Of a stretch of 64,000 nucleotides of DNA, positions 27,999 through 37,735 are shown piece after piece. The stretch is taken from positions 1-64,000 of the forward strand of contig JBGPQV010000003.1 in assembly GCA_041489255.1 (NCBI GenBank). Reading direction: 5' to 3'. The stretch is from Thermoplasmata archaeon (GTDB lineage: Archaea > Thermoplasmatota > Thermoplasmata > RBG-16-68-12 > JAFNFQ01). Under the pieces are notes generated by a model. That model was not told where the DNA came from. It ran no database searches and worked only from the letters and a program-made list of their open reading frames with translations. The position numbers and the translations under genes are program-made. Positions within the stretch are counted from its first letter, which is position 1; the number at the start of each line of letters is the position of its first letter.

Positions 27999-30079
27999 AA
28001 CGAGACGGCTTCCATCTCCCTCTCGAGTATCTTCACTTCCTGCTCCTTCATCGTCTTCGGGCTAATCGAGAGCAGGAGGACGAACTGGCTCTCGGAGACA
28101 TGGTCAACCAGGCGCCTCAGGAACCTTAGGACTGCATCGAAGCTGTTGTTGCTCACGAGGTACTCGACGCCGTCGAGCATGACCGCGCCCTTGCCGCCCA
28201 CGCGCATGAACTCCTCCACCATGTAAATAAGCCTCTCCAGGGTGGGTGGCATCGTCTCCTCGCTCGTGCTTTCCCTGTCAGTCAGCCAGATGATCCGCTC
28301 GCTCCTGAGACCGTACCTCTCCCTCACCCGCTTCGGATTTGTCCGGGTCACCACCATCCCCGCACCCTTGCCCTCCGCGGCCTTCGCGAAGAGCCGGAAG
28401 ACGTTGACGGCGCGCTCTTCCTCGACGAGGTAGCTCCTTCCGGGCTTGAGTTCCCTCATGATCTGTTCGAGGCTGGGGCGGCCCTTGTGCTCCTCGCGTT
28501 CAGGGGCGAGGTCTTTGAGGACCTCCTTCGCGAGCGCGAGGCTCGCCGTCTGCCCCATCAGCGACGAGAATGCGACGACTCGGTTCAGCGCCCCGCCGAG
28601 CTCCCTGATGTTGCTTTCGATCACGCGGGCGATATGCTCGAGCACCTGCGCATCAACTTTCACGCCTGAGTCCTTCACCCGGCGCTTGAGGATAGCCAAT
28701 CTGGTCTCGAAGTCGGGCGACTGGATGTCAGCGATGAGACCGGATTCGAACCTGGACACCAAGCGGTCCTCCAGGTCAGGTATCTCCTTCGGCGGTCTGT
28801 CGCTCGTGAGAGCGACCTGCTTCCCCGCGTTGTAGAGCGCGTTGAAGGTGTGGAACAACTCCTCCTGGACGTCGACCTTTCCGGAGAGGAAGTGCACGTC
28901 GTCGATGAGCAGCATGTCCAGATTCCTGAACTTCTCGCGGAAGGCGGCGAGCTTGTTGTTCTGGGAAGCTTCCTTGAATTCATTCGCAAAGCCTTCGATG
29001 GATGTGAACAGGATCCTCGCGTTGCTGTTGCTGTCCTTGACGCGGTTGCCGATCGCGTTCAGGAGGTGGGTCTTCCCGAGGCCGGAACCGCTCGTGATGA
29101 ACAATGGATTGTAGGCCTCGTGGGGGTTCTTGGCCACCGCCAGGGCGGCCGCGTTGGCGAACCTGTTGCTGGGGCCGACCACGAACGAATCGAATGTGTA
29201 CTGAGAGACCAGGTTGGTCGTCTCGTCCCTGGTCATCAAAGCCTTTGACTCGATCGCCTCGCGGACCTTCACCTCCGTGATGCCCTCCAGCGGCTTGCCT
29301 TCGGCGACCTTGTGCTTCACGATCATGTCGAAGACTTGCCGGGCGCGCTCGCTGATTTCTTTCTCCCGCTTCACTTCGAGGCTCTTGGTAGCCTCCTCCT
29401 TGCTTCTCTTCTCGGCTCTCGCCTGCAACTCACCGATTTCAGCCTCGATGGCGGCATGCTTCCTCGGGTCCCTCATTTTCTCTTTGAGCGCGGCCACCTC
29501 ACTCTCGAATCCAAAGAGGTCCTGCGAGCCCAGAATGTCTTTGAGCACCTCGACCTTCCTGACCTCCCCCTCGAATTCCTCGAAGACCTTGCGCGCCTCC
29601 TGCGGGGGCATCGTCACGGCAGGTTCAATCGAGGACACGTCGTAGCCGGCGCTCCGCCACACCTCAAACTTTTGCTCAAGGATGCGTCTCTCGGAGACAA
29701 GCGACGAGGTCATCGATTCGGAGCTTTTCTTGCCGCGCTCTATCTCCGCATCGCTGAATTCCTCCAAGAGCGCGTTGACGTCCACGCGGGCATGGACCTG
29801 GATCACGCATAGCGGATTCCCGGTATCATCCCATATCCGCCGCAGCGCCGCTTTGCCTGTGCTCTTCGCCGTGCCCTGGACATGCACCGCGACCTCCGGG
29901 TTGCCCGTCTTCACGATAATGTAGCCCTTGGAGATCGGCTCTTTTTCCGAGACAAGGGTCTGCACGTAGCCGGAGAAGGAGTATTTCCTGAGATCAAGTA
30001 GGAGCCCTTTGAGCGAGTCGCTCCCGCCCTGCAAAGTGCGGATTGTCTTGCCCTCTGGAAATGCTGGCTCTTCGGGCAA
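27995..30079 (-). CDS. DnaA-type AAA+ domain protein with N-terminal DUF2226-like and C-terminal DUF835-like domains; no DnaA DNA-binding domain IV
   Basis: YTFDSFVVGPSNRFA, YNPLFI.SGSGLGKTHL, LLIDDVHF, QEELFHTFN, RLVSRFESGL, NIRELGGAL; tail TRTNP..IWLT..LDGVEYLVSNNSF..LRFL. Confidence 0.88.
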   Translation of the reverse strand: MPEEPAFPEGKTIRTLQGGSDSLKGLLLDLRKYSFSGYVQTLVSEKEPISKGYIIVKTGNPEVAVHVQGTAKSTGKAALRRIWDDTGNPLCVIQVHARVDVNALLEEFSDAEIERGKKSSESMTSSLVSERRILEQKFEVWRSAGYDVSSIEPAVTMPPQEARKVFEEFEGEVRKVEVLKDILGSQDLFGFESEVAALKEKMRDPRKHAAIEAEIGELQARAEKRSKEEATKSLEVKREKEISERARQVFDMIVKHKVAEGKPLEGITEVKVREAIESKALMTRDETTNLVSQYTFDSFVVGPSNRFANAAALAVAKNPHEAYNPLFITSGSGLGKTHLLNAIGNRVKDSNSNARILFTSIEGFANEFKEASQNNKLAAFREKFRNLDMLLIDDVHFLSGKVDVQEELFHTFNALYNAGKQVALTSDRPPKEIPDLEDRLVSRFESGLIADIQSPDFETRLAILKRRVKDSGVKVDAQVLEHIARVIESNIRELGGALNRVVAFSSLMGQTASLALAKEVLKDLAPEREEHKGRPSLEQIMRELKPGRSYLVEEERAVNVFRLFAKAAEGKGAGMVVTRTNPKRVRERYGLRSERIIWLTDRESTSEETMPPTLERLIYMVEEFMRVGGKGAVMLDGVEYLVSNNSFDAVLRFLRRLVDHVSESQFVLLLSISPKTMKEQEVKILEREMEAVSF

Positions 30080-30310
30080 CCTTACTCCCGCGTCGTATAT
30101 TGGAGACTGTAATTAAAGATTCTCCCAGATATCTGGGTCGAGAGCGCGAGGCCTTACGAGGACTCGCCCCGACACTGGCGCGCAGGTACATTCCGGCGTT
30201 GAACGTACGGTCGTGGGGGACAATACAGCCAAAACGAAAACGATATAACAGATAGCGGGGTTTCGCAGGGATGAAGGCGGCTCCATTCCCGCCATGATCC
30301 ACAAACGAAC

Positions 30311-31021
30311 ATGATGGCGGCGGATGGGCGGGCGGTCGGCGGGAAGATGGACGAAGCGGGTGACGGCTCGGCTCAACAGAAGAAGGGCAGGGGCATCGTT
30401 GGCCTGAACTCCGACGACTTCGTCGAGTGGGTCACGCGGAAGATAGAGAGGCCGATCAAGAAGGGCATCGCCGACCCGATAATCCGCACAGGTCTCGTGC
30501 AGAGCTTCCTGAACTGGGCGAAGAGGAACAGCACGTGGCCTCTGCACTGGGGGATCATGTGCTGCGCGATCGAGATGGCGGCGACGAGCGACCCCAGGTA
30601 TGACGTGGAGAGACTGGGCGTCATCTACAGATCCTCCCCCAGACAGGTCGATGTCCTATTGCTGAACGGTCCGATAAGCCACAAGCTGAGGCCCATGGCC
30701 AGGAGACTGTATGAGCAGATCCCCGACCCTAAGTGGGTCATCGCCATGGGGGAGTGCACCATCTGCGGCGGACCTTACTACGACTCATACGCAGTCGTGA
30801 AGGGCGCATACACCGTGATGCCCGTCGACATATTCATCCCGGGTTGCCCGGTCCGCCCGGAGGCGCTAATGTACGGGTTCCTCAAGCTCAACCAGAAGAT
30901 CAAAGCCGAGAAGACAGGATACGTGACAACTAGGAAAGGGCGGAAGGTGTCATCACGCGAGGGCAGGATGGCAGATTTCACGGGGAAATACACTCATGAA
31001 GTCCCAGAAGACAGAAGGTAA
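30311..31021 (+). CDS. nuoB: Complex I-like subunit B (NuoB/FpoB)
   Basis: WGIMCCAIEM, SPRQVD, MGECTICGG, IPGCPVRPE. Confidence 0.9.
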   Translation: MMAADGRAVGGKMDEAGDGSAQQKKGRGIVGLNSDDFVEWVTRKIERPIKKGIADPIIRTGLVQSFLNWAKRNSTWPLHWGIMCCAIEMAATSDPRYDVERLGVIYRSSPRQVDVLLLNGPISHKLRPMARRLYEQIPDPKWVIAMGECTICGGPYYDSYAVVKGAYTVMPVDIFIPGCPVRPEALMYGFLKLNQKIKAEKTGYVTTRKGRKVSSREGRMADFTGKYTHEVPEDRR

Positions 31022-31025
31022 AGGC

Positions 31026-31871
31026 ATGGCGGCCAAAAAGCGGCGGCGCGGCGGGGTATTCCGGCCGATCTTGGTCACGCTGAAGCAGGCGGTGCAGACC
31101 GCCCCCGTAATCCACAAGATCATACCGGGCGGCAGGAAGCCCGTCACCTTCCTCTATCCATACGAGAAGTTGGAGAGTTACCAATCATACAGAGGACAGC
31201 ACATCATCGATTGGTTCAAGTGCATAGGCTGCGAACTCTGCGCCAAGGTCTGCCCCAACGAGTGCATCTACTTCGAATTCATCAAGGTGGAGAAGGACTC
31301 GCCGTACACTCTCCCCCGCAGAAACAAGACGGATACGATGAAGGGGCAGGTCAGGAGGCCTGCGGTCGACGTGGGCCACTGTCTATTCTGCGGCGACTGC
31401 TCGGAATTCTGCCCGACGGACGCATGGATGTTCACTCAGAACTTCGAACTCGCGGACTACACGCGCGAGGATCTCTTCTACCATGCGGACGAGCTGAAGA
31501 AGCCGGACGAACTGAGCGACAGGAAGCAGGTCCTCCTCAACCGCCAAGGCGATGAGCCGATACTCGACGTGGACGTGTGCATCGGCTGCGCGAGGTGCGA
31601 CCGCGAGTGCCCGACAGGCTGCATCTCGATGACTCAAGGGCCGAACCTGAGGAAGGGCAAGCCCATCCAGATACCTGAGTTCAACTACACTGTGTGCATC
31701 GGCTGCCAGCAGTGCTGCGACGTCTGCCCCGTCGACTGCCTTTACATGCAGGAGATACCCTACAAATCGATGGATCAGTTCTACAACATCACCTTCCCGG
31801 GGGAAGCGAAGCCGCTCGAGGAGTGGGTGGCAAGGAAATCGCCACGGTACCAGATGCCTCCGAAGCGGTGA
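31026..31871 (+). CDS. nuoI: NuoI/FpoI-like subunit with an extra 2x[4Fe-4S] ferredoxin domain
   Basis: VTFLYPYE..YRGQH, four CxxCxxCxxxCP motifs, FELADYTREDL. Confidence 0.8.
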   Translation: MAAKKRRRGGVFRPILVTLKQAVQTAPVIHKIIPGGRKPVTFLYPYEKLESYQSYRGQHIIDWFKCIGCELCAKVCPNECIYFEFIKVEKDSPYTLPRRNKTDTMKGQVRRPAVDVGHCLFCGDCSEFCPTDAWMFTQNFELADYTREDLFYHADELKKPDELSDRKQVLLNRQGDEPILDVDVCIGCARCDRECPTGCISMTQGPNLRKGKPIQIPEFNYTVCIGCQQCCDVCPVDCLYMQEIPYKSMDQFYNITFPGEAKPLEEWVARKSPRYQMPPKR

Positions 31872-31940
31872 ATCGCCCGCCGATTCCGTCTGCTTTTTAT
31901 GCGCCTCCTGCCTTACACATCGTGAGAACCGGTGAATCAA

Positions 31941-32243
31941 ATGGTCACCAAGGATGAAGTAATCGCCACGCTGAAGAAGTGCTATGATCCCGAGATCCCG
32001 ATCAACATAGTCGACCTCGGCCTCGTCTACGATGTGAGCATCGAAGGCGAAAAGGTCGGCATTAAGATGACCCTTACGGCCCCTGGATGTCCCGCCTCGG
32101 GCTACATCTCCCAGGATGTCAAGAAGAAGCTGGAGAGCATGCCTGGTGTGAAGAAGGCGGACGTCACGGTCGTCTGGGACCCGCCTTGGTCTCCGGACTT
32201 GATGTCCGAGACCGCCAAGAAGCAATTCGGCTGGGGCTTGTAG
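31941..32243 (+). CDS. DUF59/MIP18 (SufT-like) Fe-S assembly protein
   Basis: DPEIPINIVDLGLVY, MTLTAPGCP, VWDPPW. Confidence 0.93.
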   Translation: MVTKDEVIATLKKCYDPEIPINIVDLGLVYDVSIEGEKVGIKMTLTAPGCPASGYISQDVKKKLESMPGVKKADVTVVWDPPWSPDLMSETAKKQFGWGL

Positions 32244-32311
32244 ACCCTCGGAAACGTTCAATAAGGATTCACGCAATCTCCCGGCGAACCCCTGAGCGAG
32301 ACTGCGGGGAG

Positions 32312-32857
32312 ATGGTCAGGGTCATGAGCGCGCGAGTCAGGAAGACGGATAACCCGATTGCACGAGTGCTGCAGGCGGCGAAGGAAGGCGTCGTGTTCTT
32401 CGAAAGAGCGCACACCGCCGCCAATGACCCCCGCGTTCGTGAGGTTTTTGGGAAGCTCCTGAACATCAAGAAGGAGAGCCTGAGGAGCCTCGAGGAGAAT
32501 CTCAGGGAGGCGCGCCTCCTTCTGCCGGAAATGGAGGGGCAACCCCCGCGCATCTACCCGCTCGAGGAACTTCAGAAGAAGGAATGCTACGTGTGCGGCT
32601 ACAGCACCGATCTCGAGATGATCCCCGAATCGTGTCCCAGGTGCGGTGCATCGCGATACGCTTTCGAGAAGGAGATAACGGTGAGGAAAGCCTGGGAGCT
32701 GGCGGAATCCGGGGCTCGCATCACCCTCGAGATACTGAGCGAGGCTGAAAGGGAAGTGGAAGCGAAGGCCAAGCCGGTCTTGGCAAAGCAGATCCAGCTG
32801 GAGCAGCGCGTCCTCAACGAGACGCGCAAGGAGCTGGAAAGCCACAGAGAGAGCTAG
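32312..32857 (+). CDS. Rubrerythrin-like helical protein with an internal rubredoxin-type metal site
   Basis: Ferritin-like helices flanking CYVCGY..CPRCGA; ExxH ligands not evident. Confidence 0.6.
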   Translation: MVRVMSARVRKTDNPIARVLQAAKEGVVFFERAHTAANDPRVREVFGKLLNIKKESLRSLEENLREARLLLPEMEGQPPRIYPLEELQKKECYVCGYSTDLEMIPESCPRCGASRYAFEKEITVRKAWELAESGARITLEILSEAEREVEAKAKPVLAKQIQLEQRVLNETRKELESHRES

Positions 32858-32877
32858 CACGGAGGAAGGAGTACTCG

Positions 32878-34032
32878 ATGGATATCCCGCCGATAGAAGA
32901 CGAACTCCGCGCGTGCACGATGTGCGGCTACTGCGTCCCGACATGCCCGCCATACCGGGAGATACTCTGGGAGGACGCGGCACCGAGGGGCAAAGTCTTC
33001 CACATGCGCCAGTACGACGGGAGGTCGATCCTCGACTGGCTGATGCGCAGGCGGCCCGAGATCGACGAGGAGTTCGCGAAGGCCGTCTATGAGTGCACGT
33101 CCTGCGGCATGTGCGAGGAAGTGTGCATGGTGGACATTCCGTTCACCCGCCTCTGGGACCGGGTCAAGAGATGGATAGTCGACCTCGATGTCGCTCCCAT
33201 GCCCGAGCACCGCCATCTGCTCGCGAACGTCTTGAAGGAACACAACATCCTCGGCGAGCCACACGACAAGCGCGGCGACTGGATTAGCGCGGATGTCAAG
33301 CAGGCGGAGTTCCCGGAGATCGTCTTCTGGGTTGGCTGCATGCAGAGCTACAAGAAGCAGAATGTGGCTGCCGCCGCCATCAGGATACTCAACGCCGCTG
33401 GGGTGAAGTACAGAGTCCTCGGCCCGTCAGAATGGTGCAGCGGCGCTCCCCTCATCAGGGTCGGCTACTCGAAGGTCGTCGAGGAACATCTCATGCCCCA
33501 CAACATCACGGCGGTGGCGGGGACGGGGGCGAAGGCGATGGTCACTACCTGCGCCGAGTGCTACAGGACTTTCGTGCGCGACTACAGAGAGCTCGGCGGC
33601 GTGCCGCCATTCGCCGTCTATCATTTCACGGAATATGTCGAGAAGCTCGTCAAGGAGAAGAGGCTGAAGTTCACCAAGAACGTGCCGAAGAAGGTGGCGT
33701 ACCATGACCCTTGTCACCTTGGACGGCATTGCAGCTGTTACGACCCGCCGAGGAGGGCCATGGGGTTCGTGGCGGGGTTGCAGCAGGTCGAAATCAATCC
33801 GAATAGGAACGAGGCACTGTGTTCGGGTGGGGGCGGCGGGTTCCCGGACGCGTTTCCCAATCAGGCCGACGGGATCACCGCAAAGAGGCTTGAGCAGTTC
33901 GAGAAGACTGGGGCCGAGCTGCTGGTGACCGCCTGCCCGTTCGCCCAAGAGCGGTTCAGCGGCGTCGCGAACAAGCAGGGCAAGAGCCTCGAAGTCAAGG
34001 ACATCGTCGAACTCCTCGCAGACGCTCTCTGA
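32878..34032 (+). CDS. Fe-S oxidoreductase, HdrD/GlpC-like (2x[4Fe-4S] plus two CCG-type domains)
   Basis: CTMCGYCVPTCP, CTSCGMCEEVC, WVGC, TTCAEC, YHDPCHLGR. Confidence 0.88.
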   Translation: MDIPPIEDELRACTMCGYCVPTCPPYREILWEDAAPRGKVFHMRQYDGRSILDWLMRRRPEIDEEFAKAVYECTSCGMCEEVCMVDIPFTRLWDRVKRWIVDLDVAPMPEHRHLLANVLKEHNILGEPHDKRGDWISADVKQAEFPEIVFWVGCMQSYKKQNVAAAAIRILNAAGVKYRVLGPSEWCSGAPLIRVGYSKVVEEHLMPHNITAVAGTGAKAMVTTCAECYRTFVRDYRELGGVPPFAVYHFTEYVEKLVKEKRLKFTKNVPKKVAYHDPCHLGRHCSCYDPPRRAMGFVAGLQQVEINPNRNEALCSGGGGGFPDAFPNQADGITAKRLEQFEKTGAELLVTACPFAQERFSGVANKQGKSLEVKDIVELLADAL

Positions 34033-34072
34033 ATGATGGGGACCTCGTTTTCGCCAGAGTTCGCAACATATT

Positions 34073-34087
34073 TATAACGCGGTTATA
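34073..34087. promoter_or_regulatory. Palindrome TATAAC-GCG-GTTATA overlapping the suf TATA box
   Basis: Perfect 6-3-6 inverted repeat overlapping TTTATAA, ~65 nt before sufC. Confidence 0.45.
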
Positions 34088-34151
34088 TAGGATAGGATGC
34101 CTGAGTGGAATCCGGTCCCAGAGCGACCCCTACGGCCAAGGAGATTCAGAG

Positions 34152-34913
34152 ATGAAGCGAACCCTTCAGATAGTGGACTTGCACGCTGGTCGCGATGGCA
34201 AGGAGATACTGAAAGGCATCAACCTCGTGATCAACCAGGGCGAGGTGCACGCGATAATGGGCCCGAACGGCTCCGGCAAGAGCACCCTCTCGAACGTGGT
34301 CATGGGCAACCCCAAGTACCAGATCATGTCGGGCGACGTCAGACTGGACGGCGAGAGCATCGCGAAGCTGGCGCCGAACAAGAGGGCGCACAAGGGCCTC
34401 TTCCTGGGGATGCAGTACCCTGTCGAGGTCTCGGGTGTGAAGCTCGGCTCGTTCATGAAGGCGGCCTACAACCAGGTCCACGGGCCAGACGCCCTCGACG
34501 TCGCGGGGTTCATGGAGATCGTGGAGGAGAACACGAAGCTGCTCAACATGGACAGCACCTTCGCGGGGCGCTATGTGAACGAGGGGTTCAGCGGCGGGGA
34601 GAAGAAGAAGGCTGAGATCCTCCAGATGCTCGTCCTCAAGCCCGCGTTCGCCATACTGGACGAGACAGACAGCGGGCTGGACATCGATGCGCTCAAGACG
34701 GTGGCGCGGGCGATCGACGCGTACCGCGGACCGGACGTCGGCATACTCCTGATCACGCACTACCAGCGGCTGCTGAGGTACATCAAGCCGGATTTCGTGC
34801 ACGTGCTCATGGGCGGGAAGATAGTGCTCACTGGCGGTGGCGACCTCGCGGAGAAGCTCGAGGAGCTCGGCTACGGCTGGCTCAAAGACGAGAAGTATGC
34901 GGGGGCGACATAG
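34152..34913 (+). CDS. sufC: Fe-S cluster assembly ATPase SufC
   Basis: [35 protein letters not shown]. Confidence 0.96.
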   Translation: MKRTLQIVDLHAGRDGKEILKGINLVINQGEVHAIMGPNGSGKSTLSNVVMGNPKYQIMSGDVRLDGESIAKLAPNKRAHKGLFLGMQYPVEVSGVKLGSFMKAAYNQVHGPDALDVAGFMEIVEENTKLLNMDSTFAGRYVNEGFSGGEKKKAEILQMLVLKPAFAILDETDSGLDIDALKTVARAIDAYRGPDVGILLITHYQRLLRYIKPDFVHVLMGGKIVLTGGGDLAEKLEELGYGWLKDEKYAGAT

Positions 34914-36315
34914 GACGACCGCGAAGGAGATCGTGGACGAGGACTACAGCGCCTACGACTTCAAGGACGACATCGAGTACCTGTACAAGACGAAGAAGGG
35001 GCTGCGCGAGAGCATTGTGGATGAAATAAGCAAGCTCAAGGGCGAGCCGGAGTGGATGAGAAGATTCAGGCACAGGTCGTTCGAGCACTTCGTGAAGAGG
35101 CCTCTTCCGACATGGGGCGGGGACCTGAGCGCCCTGGACTTCGAGAACATCACTTACTACGCGAAGCCGGTCGAGAGGGTCGGCAAGAGCTGGGAGGATG
35201 TCCCCGAGGCGATCAAGAAGACGTTCGACCGGCTTGGCATCCCCGAGGCCGAGAGGAAGTTCCTGGCGGGGGTCGGGGCGCAGTACGAGTCCGAGGTGGT
35301 CTACCACAGCCTCAGGAAGGAGCTGGAGGAGAAGGGCGTCATCTTCATGGGCACGGACTCCGCCCTCAAGGAATACCCCGAGATCTTCAGGAAGCACTTC
35401 GGCACTATCGTCCCGCCTGAGGACAACAAGTTCGCGGCCCTGAACAGCGCGGTCTGGTCAGGCGGCTCGTTCGTCTATATCCCCGAGGGCGTTGTCGTGG
35501 ATCAACCTCTCCAGGCGTATTTCAGGATAAACGCGGAGAATATCGGGCAGTTCGAGCGCACTCTGATCATCGCCGAGCCGCACAGCAGGGTCCACTACAT
35601 TGAGGGGTGCACCGCGCCTGTGTATGCATCCGCGTCCCTCCATGCCGCCGTCGTCGAGGTCATCGCGAAGGAGGGCGCGCACATCAGGTACACCACCCTG
35701 CAGAACTGGTCGAAGGATGTGTACAACCTGGTGACGAAGAGGGCGCACGCGCACAAGGACGCGACCGTGGAGTGGGTCGATGCGAACACGGGAAGCAAGT
35801 TGACGATGAAGTATCCGAGCGTGTACCTCATGGGCCCGGGCGCGAGGACGGACGTGCTGTCAGTCACCTTTGCGGGCAGAGGGCAGCATCAGGACGCGGG
35901 CGCGAAGGCGATCCACCTGGCCCCTCACACGCAGAGCAGGATAGTCTCCAAGTCGGTCAGCAAGGACGGGGGGCGCACGACGTACAGGGGGCATCTCAGG
36001 GTGGCGCGCGGCGCGAGGAACGTCGTGGCCAGCGTCAGGTGCGACGCTCTCATGCTGGATGCACAAAGCAGGTCGGACACTTATCCATACATCGAGATCG
36101 ATGAGGATGATGCTACGGTCACTCACGAGGCCACGGTGGGGAGGATAGGGGACGAGCAGATGTTCTACCTGATGAGCAGGGGCCTGACCGAGAACGAGGC
36201 GGTCAACATGATTGTCCTCGGTTTCCTGGAGATGTTCACGAAGGAGCTGCCGATGGAGTACGCCGTGGAGTTCAACCGGCTCATAAGGCTGGAGATGGAG
36301 GGCTCGGTGGGATAG
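34897..36315 (+). CDS. sufB: Fe-S cluster assembly protein SufB
   Basis: [38 protein letters not shown]; start ATG 34897 or ACG 34915. Confidence 0.95.
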   Translation: MRGRHRTTAKEIVDEDYSAYDFKDDIEYLYKTKKGLRESIVDEISKLKGEPEWMRRFRHRSFEHFVKRPLPTWGGDLSALDFENITYYAKPVERVGKSWEDVPEAIKKTFDRLGIPEAERKFLAGVGAQYESEVVYHSLRKELEEKGVIFMGTDSALKEYPEIFRKHFGTIVPPEDNKFAALNSAVWSGGSFVYIPEGVVVDQPLQAYFRINAENIGQFERTLIIAEPHSRVHYIEGCTAPVYASASLHAAVVEVIAKEGAHIRYTTLQNWSKDVYNLVTKRAHAHKDATVEWVDANTGSKLTMKYPSVYLMGPGARTDVLSVTFAGRGQHQDAGAKAIHLAPHTQSRIVSKSVSKDGGRTTYRGHLRVARGARNVVASVRCDALMLDAQSRSDTYPYIEIDEDDATVTHEATVGRIGDEQMFYLMSRGLTENEAVNMIVLGFLEMFTKELPMEYAVEFNRLIRLEMEGSVG

Positions 36316-36348
36316 ACCGGTTCTGTCCCCGGAAGGGAGTAAGACGAG

Positions 36349-37656
36349 ATGGCTGATTTCGACCTGGGGTTCGCAAACGAAGAGACGGTGAGGGAACTCT
36401 CCTCGAGCCGGAAAGAACCCGCATGGTTCCTCGCAGACCGCCTCGTGGCGCTCGCCAACTTCAAGGCGCTGCGCGTCGAGGAGCACCAGCTCTTCACGAA
36501 ATACACGGACATCAGCAGGGCGAGAGTCGGCGGGACGGATCCATACATCCAGCCCACGGGTCCTGCCAAGAACTCGGAAATGGATTTGGCGGGAGTCTCT
36601 GGGGTCTATATTCAGGAAGAGGACTCGCTGGAGACGCTGTGGTTGGATCCGGAGTTGGAGAAGAAAGGGGTAGTGTTCGAGACCCTTCAGAACGCTGTCT
36701 CCCGCCATCAGCAGCAACTGAGGACGCTCACGTTCGACCACGCCAGCCTGCCTCAGAGGGACAAGTTCGCGCAGATGACGAAGGCGCTATGCATGGCCGG
36801 CATCGTGCTGCACATTCCAGACAACGTCAGCGTCAGCAAGCCGATCCTGATCCGATGGTCGGTTGGGCGGGAGAATGCGGCTCTCCTGACAAGGACCGTG
36901 GTGTCTCTCGGGAACAATTCGAGCGCGGTGGTTGTCGAGGAGATTGAACCCGGCAAAGCCGCCGGCGGAGAGCGCATGGCGCTGTTTGGCGGGACCGCGG
37001 AGGTCATGCTCGGCGAGGGCTCGGTCCTGAGATACAATGGAGTGGAGAACGTCGGCGGCGGTGTTGCGACGTTCCTCAATCGCCAGGCGTCTGTCGGAGC
37101 GGGCTCGGAAATCCAATGGGCATTCGGCTATGTTGGCGGAGAGATGACCAGGTCGCATATCGACAACTTCCTCAGCGGCAGGGGAGCGACGGTGAGAGAG
37201 GTCCAAGTCCTGTATGGTGGCAAATCGCAATTCTTCGACATCTTCTCCCACACATGCCACGTCGCCGAGGACACGGTGAGCGACCTCCTATCCAAGGGCG
37301 TGCTTCAGGATCAGTCAAAGGCCTATGTCAAGGGGCTGATCACCATCGAGAAGGGCGGGAAGGGCTCCGATTCCTACCTTGGCGAATTCGGGATGGTCCT
37401 GAGTCGGGATTCGAGGTTCGTGTCGATTCCCAGCCTGGAGATAGAGAACCACGCGGTGAGGCGGGCCAAGCACGCTTCGTCTGTCGCACAGATAGACGAG
37501 AACCAGATCTTTTATCTTACCTCGAGGGGGATCGAGGAGAGCGAGGCGAGGAAGCTCATCGTCATGGGCTTCTTGGACCCCGTCGTGGCCAGAATCCCGC
37601 TCGAATCGGTCGCGGACCGCCTGCGCGGCCTGTTCGAATCGAAATGGAGGGCGTAG
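36349..37656 (+). CDS. sufD: Fe-S cluster assembly protein SufD
   Basis: SufBD beta-helix; SIPSLEI..AKHASSV..QIFYLTSRGI. Confidence 0.88.
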   Translation: MADFDLGFANEETVRELSSSRKEPAWFLADRLVALANFKALRVEEHQLFTKYTDISRARVGGTDPYIQPTGPAKNSEMDLAGVSGVYIQEEDSLETLWLDPELEKKGVVFETLQNAVSRHQQQLRTLTFDHASLPQRDKFAQMTKALCMAGIVLHIPDNVSVSKPILIRWSVGRENAALLTRTVVSLGNNSSAVVVEEIEPGKAAGGERMALFGGTAEVMLGEGSVLRYNGVENVGGGVATFLNRQASVGAGSEIQWAFGYVGGEMTRSHIDNFLSGRGATVREVQVLYGGKSQFFDIFSHTCHVAEDTVSDLLSKGVLQDQSKAYVKGLITIEKGGKGSDSYLGEFGMVLSRDSRFVSIPSLEIENHAVRRAKHASSVAQIDENQIFYLTSRGIEESEARKLIVMGFLDPVVARIPLESVADRLRGLFESKWRA

Positions 37657-37659
37657 GCC

Positions 37660-37731
37660 ATGGTCAGAATCATGAACGCATCCTGCAAACTCGAAGCCTT
37701 TATCAATCAAGCGACTCTGAGAGAGGAGTGA
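37660..37731 (+). pseudogene. 23-codon stub between sufD and sufS, possible remnant of a deleted gene
   Basis: GGAGG SD then ATG (MVRIMNASCKLE..); TATA-like TTTATCAAT inside. Confidence 0.25.
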
Positions 37732-37735
37732 GACG

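Noticed and set aside
30295-30303. DnaA box / oriC next to the DnaA-like gene
   Set aside because: Only one 1-mismatch TGATCCACA, no cluster or unwinding element, and the protein lacks domain IV.
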